DNA of 64,000 nucleotides, taken from NCBI GenBank assembly GCA_002269645.1, contig NIVC01003668.1, forward strand, positions 1 through 64,000, written 5' to 3'. The stretch is from Macrostomum lignano (taxonomy: Eukaryota). Both the position numbers and the translations under genes were made by a program. The number at the start of each line of letters is the position of its first letter. Position 1 is the stretch's first letter. Below, one piece after another: positions 1 through 20,200 of the stretch. The notes beneath the pieces are model-generated. The model was not told where the DNA came from. It did not search any database and saw only the letters and a list, made by a program, of their open reading frames with translations.

Positions 1-771
1 AAAAGTACGTGACGTTAGACCAACTCGAATTGCCACCAGGCGAAGGTGGTTGGTCATTATTAGAGTTTATTGTTAGTCGAATAATCAGACCGATTGAGAA
101 AATTCCGATCACGGCGATACCAGTTGCTAGTCGAATATAAATTATTCGACGAGTGGCAGCGTTGCTCAATGACGATGGAATTTCTGAAGGAGTTCGGATT
201 GGAACCAGCTGGTCTGCAGTTGTGTAGGCCGGGTTGCTGGGGTAACGGCGATGTTGCTGCTGCTTCTCCGGGCTACTTTCTTGATTCTGCTCATACGGAC
301 GATGATTTCTGTCCGTTAGAAGGCCTGTTAAAGTTATTTAAAAGAAAACGATTATTAAGTTGTTTTATTGGTGTCTCTTAAAACCTCGTTTTAAGCAGAG
401 CGAGAGCAGAGATGATAAGAGAAAATATCTAGTTTGAGTTAAATATTCAACAGGACGTGAGGCCTAGGGTATATTTATAAGACAATAACCAGGAGGCGGG
501 GCGTTGAGTGCAAGTATAGTAAAAAGAAGGGTGGAGTGCGCGACTAACTATTCTATAAGAGGCAAGGGAGGCGAGATTGAAGAGCCAATCAGAAGGCAGC
601 GAGGAGAGAGTGAGAAAATAACAAGACTGAACTGGACAGGGGGAGAGAAAATAGAGTACACCAAGACAAGTGCAGATGAACTAAAGAAATGACTAAAAAG
701 TCGTGACAGTAGACATGTATGACTCAACTTAAGATTCGATAACGTAAGTTCGGCCTCAGCGCTTACCAACA
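1..771 (-). mobile_element. Probable LTR (5' end at 771, running off the left edge of the window)
   Basis: Minus strand starts TGTTGG at 771. It carries AP-1 TGACTCA (~720), CCAAT (~585), a GC box (~495), a TATA-like TATAAATATA (~470-480) and AATAAA (~363-368), in U3-R order. No PPT flanks it and the other end is not visible. Confidence 0.5.
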
Positions 772-1061
772 TTGGGCCTGAGGCTTATTATACAATCCCA
801 AGCAAAGTTGAGCAAATATTGATTTAGTCACTTCAAATTAATGGGGAAAATCAAGCTTAAAAGTTGATTTTCTGCCTTTTCTAGGAAATAAAATCGTGGA
901 TATTACTTTTAAAGTGTGCAAGAGTCGACGCGCCTTGATTTGCGGCAGCTCTCAAAGCCCTCCTGCCCAATAGTATCTGAACTCCAAGAGTATTTAAGAT
1001 GAAATAACTTCGGATAGAAGAGGACTTACTTGACAGTTTTATTCCAACAGCTCTAGAAGGG

Positions 1062-7408
<6,347 letters not shown>

Positions 7409-8551
7409 AGGCAATTAAATGTAACTATTTCGAAAGAGGAAAAAAATTGCTGCGAACAAAATCCTATAGCAAAGAAGCTTTGAGTAGCTAGACAACTCTG
7501 TCTCCGTTTCTTGTTTTGCCAGGTAAACTTTCACTGAGAACAGAGTCTCTAATCGCATGAACTCACGGGCTTTTATCAAGGTGCGAGCTTGTCAACACTT
7601 AAGGAGTGACTGTATTGCATGCCATTCTTTACACATGGGTAGCTATTCCTGATGTAACTAGGTACATTGATAAGAAGTTCTCTCACTGCACGAATTTTAC
7701 TTTTTTGGCCCATTAAACTTGCTTTTTCGAGAGAAAAACATGCAAGAATGCCTGCCTATATGGCAAGTGGCCGTAGTGCTCTGCCAACTAAATTCTTAAT
7801 ATTAAGCTACTTGTCTGCACTTTTTTAGTGGTTTCGACATTTTTTAAATTTGATTTGTAACGGCAATTAACAGCAATATTTCTGACTTTTGATGCTTTGG
7901 TTATGCGAATAAATCTGTTTTTAAAAGCTTAATATTGGAGACCATGCGAAACACTATGTTGGACTGAAAAGCGCTCGAAAGTCTATGATGTTTACAATTA
8001 TGCAATTGCAATCCGGCAAAATATTTTACCAAATTTGATTTAAAAAAACTATTTGTTTGAAGATACCCAGATAATTAGGATCATATTTATGGGAAAGTAT
8101 TAAATTCCTTACTTTGGTGTGGCAGAAAGCTGGTTGGAAATCCAAATGAGAAGACAACTATTGCAACTTTGGAAACTCCTGCTTGGAAAAAATCGGCTGA
8201 AGACTATCAGCCTAGTACTATTTAAAATATTTTTTGCTTTAATTTTGTTAGTTTTCATCTTGTTTTAACAATAACTTGAAAAATAAAGTAGTATTTTAGG
8301 TAAAAAAATTGTTTTACAGAAACAGTTTTTCAATAATAGTATTTTCTACGAAAGTTATCAAGCTATCGATCGCTTTCTGGAGATTCAGAACTGCTGAAGT
8401 GATATCGTCAAAAATACAACCAAAAGCTTTGCTGCAGTAGGGCGTATTGTCTAGATTTTCGGTTAATATATATTTTATCCTACACAGTTTATATAACACC
8501 GTTCTCAATTTGTTTGAATGATTATTTGACTCCCATAACATTGGTAAAGCA

Positions 8552-11500
8552 ATGTTTGGAAGCACCGAAGATGATGATTTTGGCCCAGTCACAGTCGGGT
8601 AAGGACAATCGTGATAAGGTACCATGCCATAAGTGTTTCTTTTTATTCTATCATGTGCATTTTCATGTGAAAAACTTTAGCAAGTTCAAGCTTTAGTCCC
8701 TATTATGAACTAAAACGAACTTCAAATTTCCTTCTTTTGTCTATGGGCCTTTTCATATTGCTTGCGCTGGTTCCAGAACCAGAACCAATTTGTGAAGTAT
8801 AACTTTTTGTCTCCATAACTAGAGGGAGATACGTGCTATAAAGTTTTTATTATTGAATGACAATCGCCAAGAAGAAAGTGAAAAATTGTGCTAAGTTAGG
8901 TTGTTAAGGCAGTCAAATATTAACAGAGTTTAATAGTTATACTGCTGTTTTTCTTGGAATTCCGAACCGATTCTGGTTCTGGAATTGGTAATATGAAAAG
9001 GCCCTATATCGATTCTATGCAATGCGCCTTTTTGATTTTTAATTCTCCCATAGGCTAAACAATGCACCTAGCATCTATAGCATGTTAAATAAGCAACAAA
9101 TCCCCGACCTCATCCCTACTCTCATTGGTTCCTGCCCATTCCTGCCCATTTCTCTAATGCCTATGGTCTTAGTCTAGATACATCTAGGTCAGGTCTGCAT
9201 ATCCCATTTTGCTTATCTTTATCTGTATTCCTTATAGGTTTGGAATTTGTATTTCGCCTTATTGCCATGCATAAGATTTAGGTTTTCTTATCCCAAAACC
9301 TATGTATATATTTAACAATTTAAAATAATACAATGGCTTAAAAAGCAAAAAAATATTATTGTGTTTGTCTCTCATCTTAATTACATTACTATCAGTAACA
9401 TTAAAAAAATCTAATTGATTTTTTCAATCAAAAAATTCTTCAGTTTCAATCAATCTTTAGGCTGCAGGTGAACAAAGTAACAAATTAAGAAGGCATTGGT
9501 TGAAAGGGCAATAGTTACAATGTATTTATTAGAATTACAAGTTCACATATATCAGACTTCTATTATAAAATGTATTTGTTAAAATGTACCAGTAGTTAAA
9601 ATTAGGCCTAGACTTCTATAAGTATATTTGGTAAATTTGTTAAAATGTACAAGTAATAATATAGAGTATGCAATTGATTTTATGATTTTTAGTTGACTGT
9701 TATTAAAAAGCTTTATGAATATCAATAAAACTAAAAAAGAAAGGCAAAACATAACAAAAGATGAACATTGAGTCTGCCTTATATATCAAAAGCAACTTGT
9801 ACATTTTAACAAATTCATTTTGACAAATATAAGTCTATATATGTGACTTATAATTGTTATAACTATTGTCCTTTTGACTGTCACCCTTTTTGACTATTGC
9901 CATTTTGATTGGTTCCCAATCTTTTCTATTGGATTAGGCCTAGCTTCTATTGACCCCATTGTAAATAGCTTTTTTGATATTTTTTGCAATAGTAGTAGTA
10001 GTAGTAAGTTTGGCTTAGGCAAAAAGCCTATTTGGCCAGTATAATTTGATGTATTTAATAGTAAATTAACAGAAAGCCAGGAGGGTACATTTAGTATCAT
10101 ACATGTGCAACCTCCAAAATTTGGTCAGCCATGTGACTTAGTTTTAACAAAAAATATGATAGTTTTTGGTAAAAAAATATAACTTACCTATAATTAAACT
10201 AAAGCAAAATTATCGCAATTTTGGGTAAACGGCAAGAGTAACTTACTTTCCTAATTAGACTAAATGCTTCGTCCTCTAATTAGTACACCTTTTCACATTT
10301 AATTTTGATCAAAGTCTAGTTCTAAAAAAACAAGCGAAAATTAAATTTAGACAATTTAGACTTGGGCCCAGTCTAACCCCAGCTCAAAACATTCTAACCA
10401 AAGTAAGGTTTGGCCATAGACAAAATTATCCTCAGTCTGAATTGAATTTCTGCTAGTTTTTTAGAACTGGACTTTGATCAAAATTGAACATGAAAAGTGT
10501 CATAAATAGTCATTAATTTGGGGCTAAATTAGAATTTCTGCTTGTGCAATTAATGCCCTTGAAGACCAACCTACAAGGTGCAACTAGAATATATATGCCT
10601 AATAATCAATGTTAGGGATTTTGTACAATCTCTACAGTGTATGCATGTATGCATGCTTGAATATACATCTATTAACTTACAGTGTGCTTGCCCTATTGGA
10701 AAAAGTAACATTTACATAGATGGCTATCTAGTGCACTTTAAAAGTGTTAGTGTGCTTGGCACACATGTGCAGTGCTACACTTCCAATGCAGTATAGTGGG
10801 CTAGAAAGGCTAAGATGCAGCCCTATTGGAATAAGTTTGAAAAACCCATAGATATGCAACACAGGCCACAAAAAATGGCTCAAAAGTGTGACACATAGCA
10901 CAGAAGCATCACATGAAACACCATGTACAATCATTTGAATAGTACACACATGAAATAATATTATAATAAGTTTAAAGTTAAAAATGCAAAAAATAGCAAT
11001 TTGAAAAATCACAATAGAAATGGAGAAAAAAACTAAATATGAGATAATGACCAATACAAAATGAAGAAAATGTTCTAAAAATCCCAAACCTAAAGTCCCA
11101 AAGGACAACAACTCAGTTAGCTCCAGGCCCAAGCAACAGTGGTGTGATTCAGGCGCAAAAATGGTGCGAATGTGCGAATCTTGGGGGTCTGGCATGAAAT
11201 TTTGTGGAACCATGGGCGCAAAAATTGCATTCTTATTTTCTGCTTCTTACACTTATTCTCTTGTCAGATAGTATGAAATATAAGAATGTCATAGCTTAGG
11301 AGATTAATCTAACAAACTGAGTTCAATCTTTATCATTTTACTTCATGTCTTAGTCAACGTCGTCAATCACCAGCACAAGCAGTCGTCTGCCTGCAGACAT
11401 CGCCAACAAGAAGTTCAGGCGGGACACGGCTGGGACTTGAGAGACATGCTAATTTGTAGCCAGACGCATCTTCAAAAGTGTCATCAATTGACTTATTTGG

Positions 11501-14500
11501 CTGTCAGTAGAATATTATTGGCATGGCGCAAAATTTGGCAAACTTTCCAATCACACCACTGCCGAGCGAGTTTTATATCTATATTTAATTAATTACAAAT
11601 AAGCAACACCACACCCTCTGTCGCAGTCAAAAGACTCAATATTCAGTTTTGTCTCATCAGATGTCAGTACCTGTACCAGTATGAAATTCAATTCCAATAT
11701 TTTAAATTCAAACAGACTGATGCAAACACCAAAGATGAAACAAAAAAATGTTTTAATTAGGTAATTTGACTTCTTAATTTTTTATTGCAGCTCATTTGCT
11801 GAAATTCATTGTGTACAAAAGCTGTAATGCAACACCTCAGGCCATGCATTTTCAAAATTTTCCAGTGTTGCATTGTGGTAAAGTCAAGGCAAAGTGTGTG
11901 TTGAGTCACTGCTGCTGCTGCCCATTGACCACAATGTGACATGCATGACTCTGCCTCAGTATGACACTAGAAAATTCTGAAAATGCAACAGACAGTCGTC
12001 CGCAATTTGTCACATTACTGCAATATGGAGGGGTAGTGTCCCAGAGAGGTGGCACACCAGAGGGGTAGTGTACACTTAAAGGATGCCATGCAGAAGTGAC
12101 AGCGTGTTGAAGGGTAGTGCACTTGTGCTGTCTTTCTGGCTGCACCAAATTCCTAAAGGCTTTCATCCTGCACAGCATTGAAAAGCCACTAATTTGTCAT
12201 GGTAGTTTTAGTTCAAGAACTATTTTAATAACAGCCAGTCTGCAGGCCAAGGAGAGGAGGCATGTCAAAGTTCTGCATTTTCTGAGAATTTCTGCTATGT
12301 GGAAAATAGTAAACTATTTAGTAAACAGATATTTATAAACAGTATTTAGTATAGTAAACAGTGCAAGATTAAAACTACTTATTAGCTGACGAGGCAAAAC
12401 AGTCATGGTTACCCCCACTGTTTACCCGTTTGCCCCCTAGATCGGCGATGCTCGGCGCGCAGTGTCATGTTTGGCGCGCGTCCGCAGACTTTAAGAATTT
12501 ATTCCAATAGGGTGTGCTTGCTTAGGGGAGTTGGTAGAAGGAGCAATAATGACTTGCTGGTTGTATAACTAGCTTGCTGGCCAAGGTGCACACAGCCTCC
12601 CTGCTTCTAATTTTAAATATACTAACTAGACTTTCTTGCCTCTGTATAAACTGGTTGCATTTTATTTATATTTAAGTTTTCTTTGGCTTTTCCTTCTGTG
12701 TTTTACTAGAAAATGTTGTTTGTTCAAAAATAAATTACAAATGATATTTGTTTGCCAAAATCAAAAGTGTAGCTTAATATTTACATTTATCTTGTTGAAA
12801 TTATCACACATTTTGTGCGACTTACATGTATGCTTGTGACTTTTTATTAATTCACACTATATACCATTTGAAGTAGCTATACGGTAAGCTATAGACTCAT
12901 TTCAATTCAACCAGGTCATCAAAGTTGGCCTCATTGTTTGGCAGTGAGGCCAGAGACAGCCGTGTGGCCAACCAATCATTGAGCTACTCTGCACCTAAAC
13001 AGCCTAAGCCTCCTGCACCGCGTGAGTTACTGGGCTGAAAACGGAAAAGTTTATAATATTTTAAGACTACAATTTGCTATAATATTAAACAAAATCCTTT
13101 TTATTACAGCATCAAATCAAACTCATTTACTATTGCCAACTAATATTACTGCTTATAAGATGTGAGTAGTATTTGTGCATTTTGTTTTCCTAATTATCCC
13201 TTCAGCCCCTCACCCTGAAGAAGCTTCAGTGGATTGTCTCCATCACATCAGACCCTCACCCTGTAGCTTCAGTAGATTGTCTTCATCCCTTCAGCCCCTC
13301 ACCCTGAAGAAGCTTCAGTGGATTGTCTCCATCACATCAGACCCTCACCCTGTAGCTTCAGTAGATTGTCTTCATCCCTTCAGACCCTCACCCTGAAGAA
13401 GCTTCAGTGGATTGTCTCCATCACATCAGACCCTCACCCTGTAGCTTCAGTAGATTGTCTTCATCCCTTCAGACCCTCACCCTGAAGAAGCTTCAGTGGA
13501 TTTTCTACATCCCTTCAGACCCTCACCCTGAAGAAGCTTCAGTGGATTTTCTACACCCCTTCAGACCCTCACCCTAAAGAAGCTTCAGTGGATTTTCTGC
13601 ATCCCTTCAGACCCTCACCCTAAAGAAGCTTCAGTGGATTTTCTACACCCCTTCAGACCCTCACCCTGAAGAAGCTTCAGTGGATTTTCTACATCCCTTC
13701 AGACCCTCACCCTGAAGAAGCTTCAGTGGATTTTCTACACCCCTTCAGACCCTCACCCTAAAGAAGCTTCAGTGGATTTTCTACACCCCTTCAGATCCTC
13801 ACCCTGAAGCTTCAGTGGACTGTCTCCATCCCTTCAGATCCTCACCCTGAAGCTTCAGTGGACTGTCTCCATCCCTTCCTGTGACCTGAACTTTGAAAAT
13901 GCAAATCAATTTTAGCTCGGACGGTCAGTATCACTCGCAGGGCAGACTTAACACGGCGCTGGTAGCGAATATCGCTAAATCGGATTATCGCATAATTATC
14001 TATCAGGGCTCTGATAAGCAAATTGCTCAGGCTGCCGTGCACGAGGCCAGTCAATTATCTGTGAGTGCAAAGCGTTGAGATTATAAATTTTATACTATAA
14101 CAGGTTTTTTTGCTTTGTAATAATGTTTTTTATTCAGCATATAAGCTTTCTATACTACTAAGTAGGCTGATTGATACGAAAATAAGTATTCTTATTTATA
14201 AAAAAAGAATTATCATTTGGAAAAGCTTCAGGAGTCAGAGTTTAGCTTCAGCAAAGCTTCAGGAGTCAGAGTTTAGCTTCAGCAAAGCTTCAGGAGTCAG
14301 AGTTTAGCTTCAGCAAAGCTTCAGGAGTCAGAGTTTAGCTTCAGCAAAGCTTCAGGAGTCAGAGTTTAGCTTCAGCAAAGCTTCAGGAGTCAGAGTTTAG
14401 CTTCAGCAAAGCTTCAGGAGTCAGAGTTTAGCTTTAGCAAAGCTTCAGGAGTCAGAGTTTAGCTTCAGCAAAGCTTCAGGAGTCAGAGTTTAGCTTCAGC

Positions 14501-17229
14501 AAAGCTTCAGGAGTCAGAGTTTAGCTTCAGCAAAGCTTCAGGAGTCAGAGTTTAGCTTTAGCAAAGCTTCAGGAGTCAGAGTTTAGCTTCAGCAAAGCTT
14601 CAGGAGTCAGAGTTTAGCTGCAGAGTCAGACTGAAGGTTCAGGTGTAAAGTATAAAAAATATTGAATTATGATGTGCAAACTCTCAAATCAACTTGCAGT
14701 TGAGTCGGTCGCAGTACCTGAGCGTGTTGGACTCGCAGAACCAGTACTGGTCTCTGCTATTCGATTCTACAGCTCGAGCTCACGCATTCCTACGCCAGCT
14801 GGCCGTGCTGATGCACCTGCAGTCGGGCGGGCAGCGGCTTATTAAATTCGATCTGAGCGCCGGGGAGGGCGCCGAACTTGGCGCCGAGGATAGCGCCGAG
14901 GTTTGCATCTGAGAGGCTAATTGATTGACGTTTTGACAGTTTACAGACTGGCAGTTTGTTTTACAGACTGACAGCCAGTTTTACAGACTGACAGCCAGTT
15001 TTACAGACTGACAGCCAGTTTTACAGACTGACAGCCAGTTTTACAGACTGACAGCCAGTTTTACAGACTGACAGCTAGTTTTACAGACTGACAGCCAGTT
15101 TTACTGACTGACAGCCAGTTTTACAGACTGATAGCCAGTTTTACAGACTGACAGCCAGTTTTACAGACTGACAGCTAGTTTTACAGACTGACAGCTAATC
15201 TACAGACTGACTGTTCAGTCCACCACCCATCCATCCAGATCCGCTATTCCCTATGGCTGCTGGCCCCGGACGGTTTGCGCTGCGGAAGCGGAACCGGAAG
15301 CGACGAGTCTGCGGCAGATTTTTCCACAGAGTCGCCGATCCGCTTCCGCCTAGGCCGGGCGGGCGGCTCCAGCCGGTCCTCGGCCGCGCTTCCCGGCTTC
15401 GACCGCGGCCTGCCGGGCATGCGGAAAGGCAGCAGCCGTCTGCTGGTGCTGCCAGCTGGTATGGCTTTTGACTCGGCTGGCAATTCCGCCAATCCGACTG
15501 TGCCGCCAAATGCTACTGTAGTTTGCTTTGTGGAGCTTCTGCGCGTTAAACAGCAACAACAGCAGCCGCCTCCTCCGCCGCCTCCTGTTGAAAAATCGCA
15601 AAATATGTCCGGCGACGATTCGTCAGTTATTTCTGAGAAAGGCGAAACTTCTGAAAAGGCTAAATTGCTTAGTAGAATGGCCAAGATGGGACAGGTAATT
15701 CATCTTAATTGCCTATTCTGTTTTGTTAGAGGCCAATTTTCCTGGGTGTCGGTCCGAGACAATTCTCCTGCAATTATAATTTGGCGAATCCGAAAATTAG
15801 AATAAACGAGTGTACATATAAGTTGGACAACAGTTTATGAGCCCTGATTTGTACGAATGTTCATAGAGAATGCGGCCCGCCTCACTCCTAACCAGCCAGT
15901 GAAGCTTTAACCCCCTCTGCCCCAATGTGCATAGAGAATGCGGCCCGCCTCACTCTTAGCCAGCCATCCAGTTAAGGTTCAACCCCCTCTGCCCCAATGT
16001 GCATAGAGAAGGCGGCCCGCCTCACTCCTAGCCAGCCAGCCAGTGAAGCTTTAACCCCCTCTGCCCCAATGTGCATAGAGAAGGCGGCCCGCCTCACTCC
16101 TAGCCAGCCAGCCAGTGAAGCTTTAACCCCCTCTGCCCCAATGTGCATAGAGAATGTCTCACTCTTAGCCAGCCAGCCAGTGAAGCTTCAACCCCCTCTG
16201 CCCCAATGTGCATAGAGAATGCGGCCCGCCTCACTCCTAGCCAGCCAGCCAGTGAAGCTTCAACCCCCTCTGCCCCAATGTGCATAGAGAATGCGGCCCG
16301 CCTCACTCCTAACCAGCCAGTGAAGCTTTAACCCCCTCTGCCCCAATGTGCATAGAGAATGCGGCCCGCCTCACTCTTAGCCAGCCATCCAGTTAAGGTT
16401 CAACCCCCTCTGCCCCAATGTGCATAGAGAAGGCGGCCCGCCTCACTCCTAGCCAGCCAGCCAGTGAAGCTTTAACCCCCTCTGCCCCAATGTGCATAGA
16501 GAAGGCGGCCCGCCTCACTCCTAGCCAGCCAGCCAGTGAAGCTTTAACCCCCTCTGCCCCAATGTGCATAGAGAATGTCTCACTCTTAGCCAGCCAGCCA
16601 GTGAAGCTTCAACCCCCTCTGCCCCAATGTGCATAGAGAATGCGGCCCGCCTCACTCCTAGCCAGCCAGCCAGTGAAGCTTCAACCCCCTCTGCCCCAAT
16701 GTGCATAGAGAAGGCGGCCCGCCTCACTCCTAGCCAGCCAGCCAACCAGTGAAGCTTCAACCCCCTCTGCCCCAATGTGCATAGAGAATGCCTCACTCTT
16801 AGCCAGCCAGCCAGTGAAGCTTCAACCCCCTCTGCCCCAATGTGTATAGAGAATGCGGCCCGCCTCACTCCTAGCCAGCCAGCCAGTGAAGCTTCAACCC
16901 CCTCTGCCCCAATGTGCATAGAGAAGGCGGCCCGCCTCACTCCTAGCCAGCCAGCCAACCAGTGAAGCTTCAACCCCCTCTGCCCCAATGTGCATAGAGA
17001 AGCTTCACTCTAACACGATTGTTAGACGAACGATAGTTATAAATTTTCGTGCGCAAATCCTTCAGGCTGTCATTCCTTCTTCATCGGCCGGTTCCGCCTC
17101 GTCTCAGGCAACCGCGGCCGCCGCAGCCGGAGCCACTTCCGGTCTGGACGATGAAGAGGAAAATGATGACGAAGAAGAGCAACGGGAAGCAAAGAAGCCG
17201 CCGCCAAAGCCGAAAAAGAAGCAGCAATC

Positions 17230-17270
<41 letters not shown>

Positions 17271-20200
17271 CTCACCCTCAGCATCCTCAGCTGCATCAAC
17301 ATCAGCAGCTGCCGCCTTTTCTACATCCCGCGTATTATCCGCAGGTGAATATTGATCCGTGATGGTTATTAAGCATTGTTACTAAAATTGTTTGGTAAAT
17401 TTTATCTGCATAATTGTACGTGACTTACTCGTAAGTTTCAATAATTCAAGCACTGATTGTCATTTTATAGATTAGAACTATGCAACCCAATGTCAAGGGG
17501 CCCTAGATGTCCCTTTAAATGCCCTGACATTAGGCCCTAGATGTCCCTTTGAATGCCCTGACATTAGGCCCTAGATGTCCCTTTGAATGCCCTGACATTA
17601 GGCCCTAGATGTCCCTTTGAATGCCCTGACATTAGGCCCTAGATGTCCCTTTGAATGCACTGACATTAGGCCCTAGATGTCCCTTTGAATGCCCTGACAT
17701 TAGGCCCTAGATGTCCCTTTGAATGCCCTGACATTAGGCCCTAGATGTCCCTTTGAATGCCCTGACATTAGGCCCAAGATGTCCATTTGAATGCCCTGAC
17801 ATTAGGCCCTAGATGTCCCTTTGAATGCCCTGACATTAGGCCCTAGATGTCCCTTTAAAGGCCCTGACATTAGGCCCTAGATGTCCCTTTAAAGGCCCTG
17901 ACATTAGGCCCTAGATGTTCCTTTAAAGGCCCTGACATTAGGCCCTAGATGTTCATTTAAATGCTTTGAAACTGGGCCCTAGATGTCCCTTTAACTGCTT
18001 TGACATTGGGGCCCTAGATGTCCCTTTAACTGCTTTGACATTGGGCCCTAGATGTCCTTTTAGATATTCTGACATTGGGCCCTAGATGTCCTTTTGGATG
18101 CTTTGACATTGGGGCCCTAGATGTCCTTTTAGATGCTTTGACATTGGGGGCCAAGATGTCCTTTTAGATGCTTTGACATTGGGCATATAATATTGAAAGC
18201 CTGACTGCCTCACAGTTTTAGTTGAAAAAGCCTGCTGCTAGCCAAATTGTACTAATACGTACTTGAAGTACTAATAATAAAAATATTAAAATGATAAATA
18301 TCATACAAAATTGCAGGCGTTTCCTCCAGCCTATCCTGGCGCCGCAGCCATGGATCCGATGGTTTCAGCAACCGCTTCGATGGGCTATTTGACTGCGGCC
18401 GCATCCGGTCAGCCGTATCCTGTACAGTCACAGCAGCAGCAGCCGTTGGGTTCCGCTGTACTGCCCTACGCTCCGTCTCCTCTGATGGCGCATCATCTGC
18501 AGCAGCAGCAACAGCAACAGCCAGCGACCGACTCAAGCAGCAGCGCTGCAACCTCGATGCTAGTCAGCGAAACTCGCCAGCACAACACAGAGATGCGCCT
18601 ATCGGTGGCTCGAGTCCAGGACCAATTAGACCGGCTAACCGAACGGGTTCAGTCGATTGTTGACGCCGAAAAAGATCGCCACCAGCTGCAGGTGCAAGCT
18701 CCGACTTTGGAGGCTTCGGTTCTGTTTACCAGCATCGGCAGGCTGGTTCGCGACAATGACTCGCTCAGGAAAGAAGTTACTGAGAAGAGCGACAAGATTC
18801 AGGAGCTGAACGATAAGGTAAGTGCTTTAGCCTTTAGCCTTAAGAGGCGACTTGACTTGAACAGTCGCCTCCGTCACATTGCAGTCGTTTGAGTCGTTAT
18901 AATCTATCTTTTCTATCCAGTGGGGTCTTTTTGCTATCCAGTGGGGTCTTTTTGCTATCCAATGGGGTCTTTTTGCTATCCAATGGGGTCTTTTTGCTAT
19001 CCAGTGGGGTCTTTTTGCCATCCAATGGGGTCTTTTTGCCATCCAATGGGGTCTTTTTGCTATCCAGTGGGGTCTTTTTGCTATCCAATGGGGTCTTTTT
19101 GCTATCCAGTGGGGTCTTTTTGCTATCCAATGGGGTCTTTTTGCTATCCAGTGGGGTCTTTTTGCTATCCAATGGGGTCTTTTTGCTATCCAGTGGGGTC
19201 TCTCCTATCCAGTGGGGTATCTTTTCTATCCAGTGGGTATCTTTTATTTCCAGTGGGGTATCTTTTCCATCCAATGAAGTATCTTTTCTATCCAGTGGGG
19301 TCTTTTTGCTATCCAGTGGGGTATCTCTTCTATCCAGTGGGGTATCTTTTCGATCCAGTGGGGTATCTTTTCTATCCAGTGGGGTCTTTTTGCTATCCAG
19401 TGGGGTATCTCTTCTATCCAGTGGGGTATCTTTTCGATCCAGTGGGGTATCTTTTCTATCCAGTGGGGTCTTTTTGGCATCCAATGGGGTCTTTTTGGCA
19501 TCCAATGGGGTCCTTTTGCTATCCAATGGGGTCTTTTTGGCATCCAATGGGGTCCTTTTGCTATCCAATGGGGTCCTTTTGCTATCCAATGGGGTCTCTC
19601 CTATCCAGTGGGGTATCTTTTCTATCCAGTGGGTATCTTTTATTTTCAGTGGGGTATCTTTTCCATCCAATGAAGTATCTTTTACGATCCAGTGTGGTAT
19701 TTTTCTATCCATTGGGGTATATTTTCTATCCAGTGGGGTATAGAAACCCCCCTCTCCGTTGCCGCAGATCAGCGCCCTGGTGAGGCGCAGCCAGGCCTCG
19801 CACGAGCAGAGCAACAGCCTGTTAGAGAAAAACGCCGACTCTCTGCAACTGGCCGCAGCCGAGTCCGCCCGCCGTGTACTCGAACTCGAACAGGAGAAAC
19901 TCGACCTGACTAAACGCCTGGGCGAGCGCACGGCTCAACTGAGCGAGCACCAGACTCGACTAGCTGAATTGGAGACTGGCGAGCGGCAGCTGCGCGCCGA
20001 GCTGTCCACCGCTCTGGGCCGCACGGAGACAAACGACACCGCCCTGCTGCAGCTGCGGACCCGCCTGGCCGAGGCCGAGGCCAAGGCGCAGCAGGCCGAG
20101 GCTGGGCTCAAGGACGAACGGAAAGCCCGTCTGGCTGGCGAGGAGCGAGCGAGGGAACTGGCCGAGGCCAGGGATGAGCTGCAGGACAGGGCTGACAGGA

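Noticed and set aside
10728-11213. 161-aa hydrophobic minus-strand ORF
   Set aside because: AT-rich intronic DNA with no recognisable motif or splice context
11540-11650. Possible hAT dimerisation-domain remnant (..TAERV....LITNKQ..)
   Set aside because: Needs several frameshifts, has no termini, and is too weak to call without a profile search
12466-12520. ATGTTTGGCGCG (MFGA..) as FKBP15 exon 1
   Set aside because: No suitable donor or acidic motif; 8552-8598 gives MFGSTEDDDF with a phase-matched GTAAGG donor
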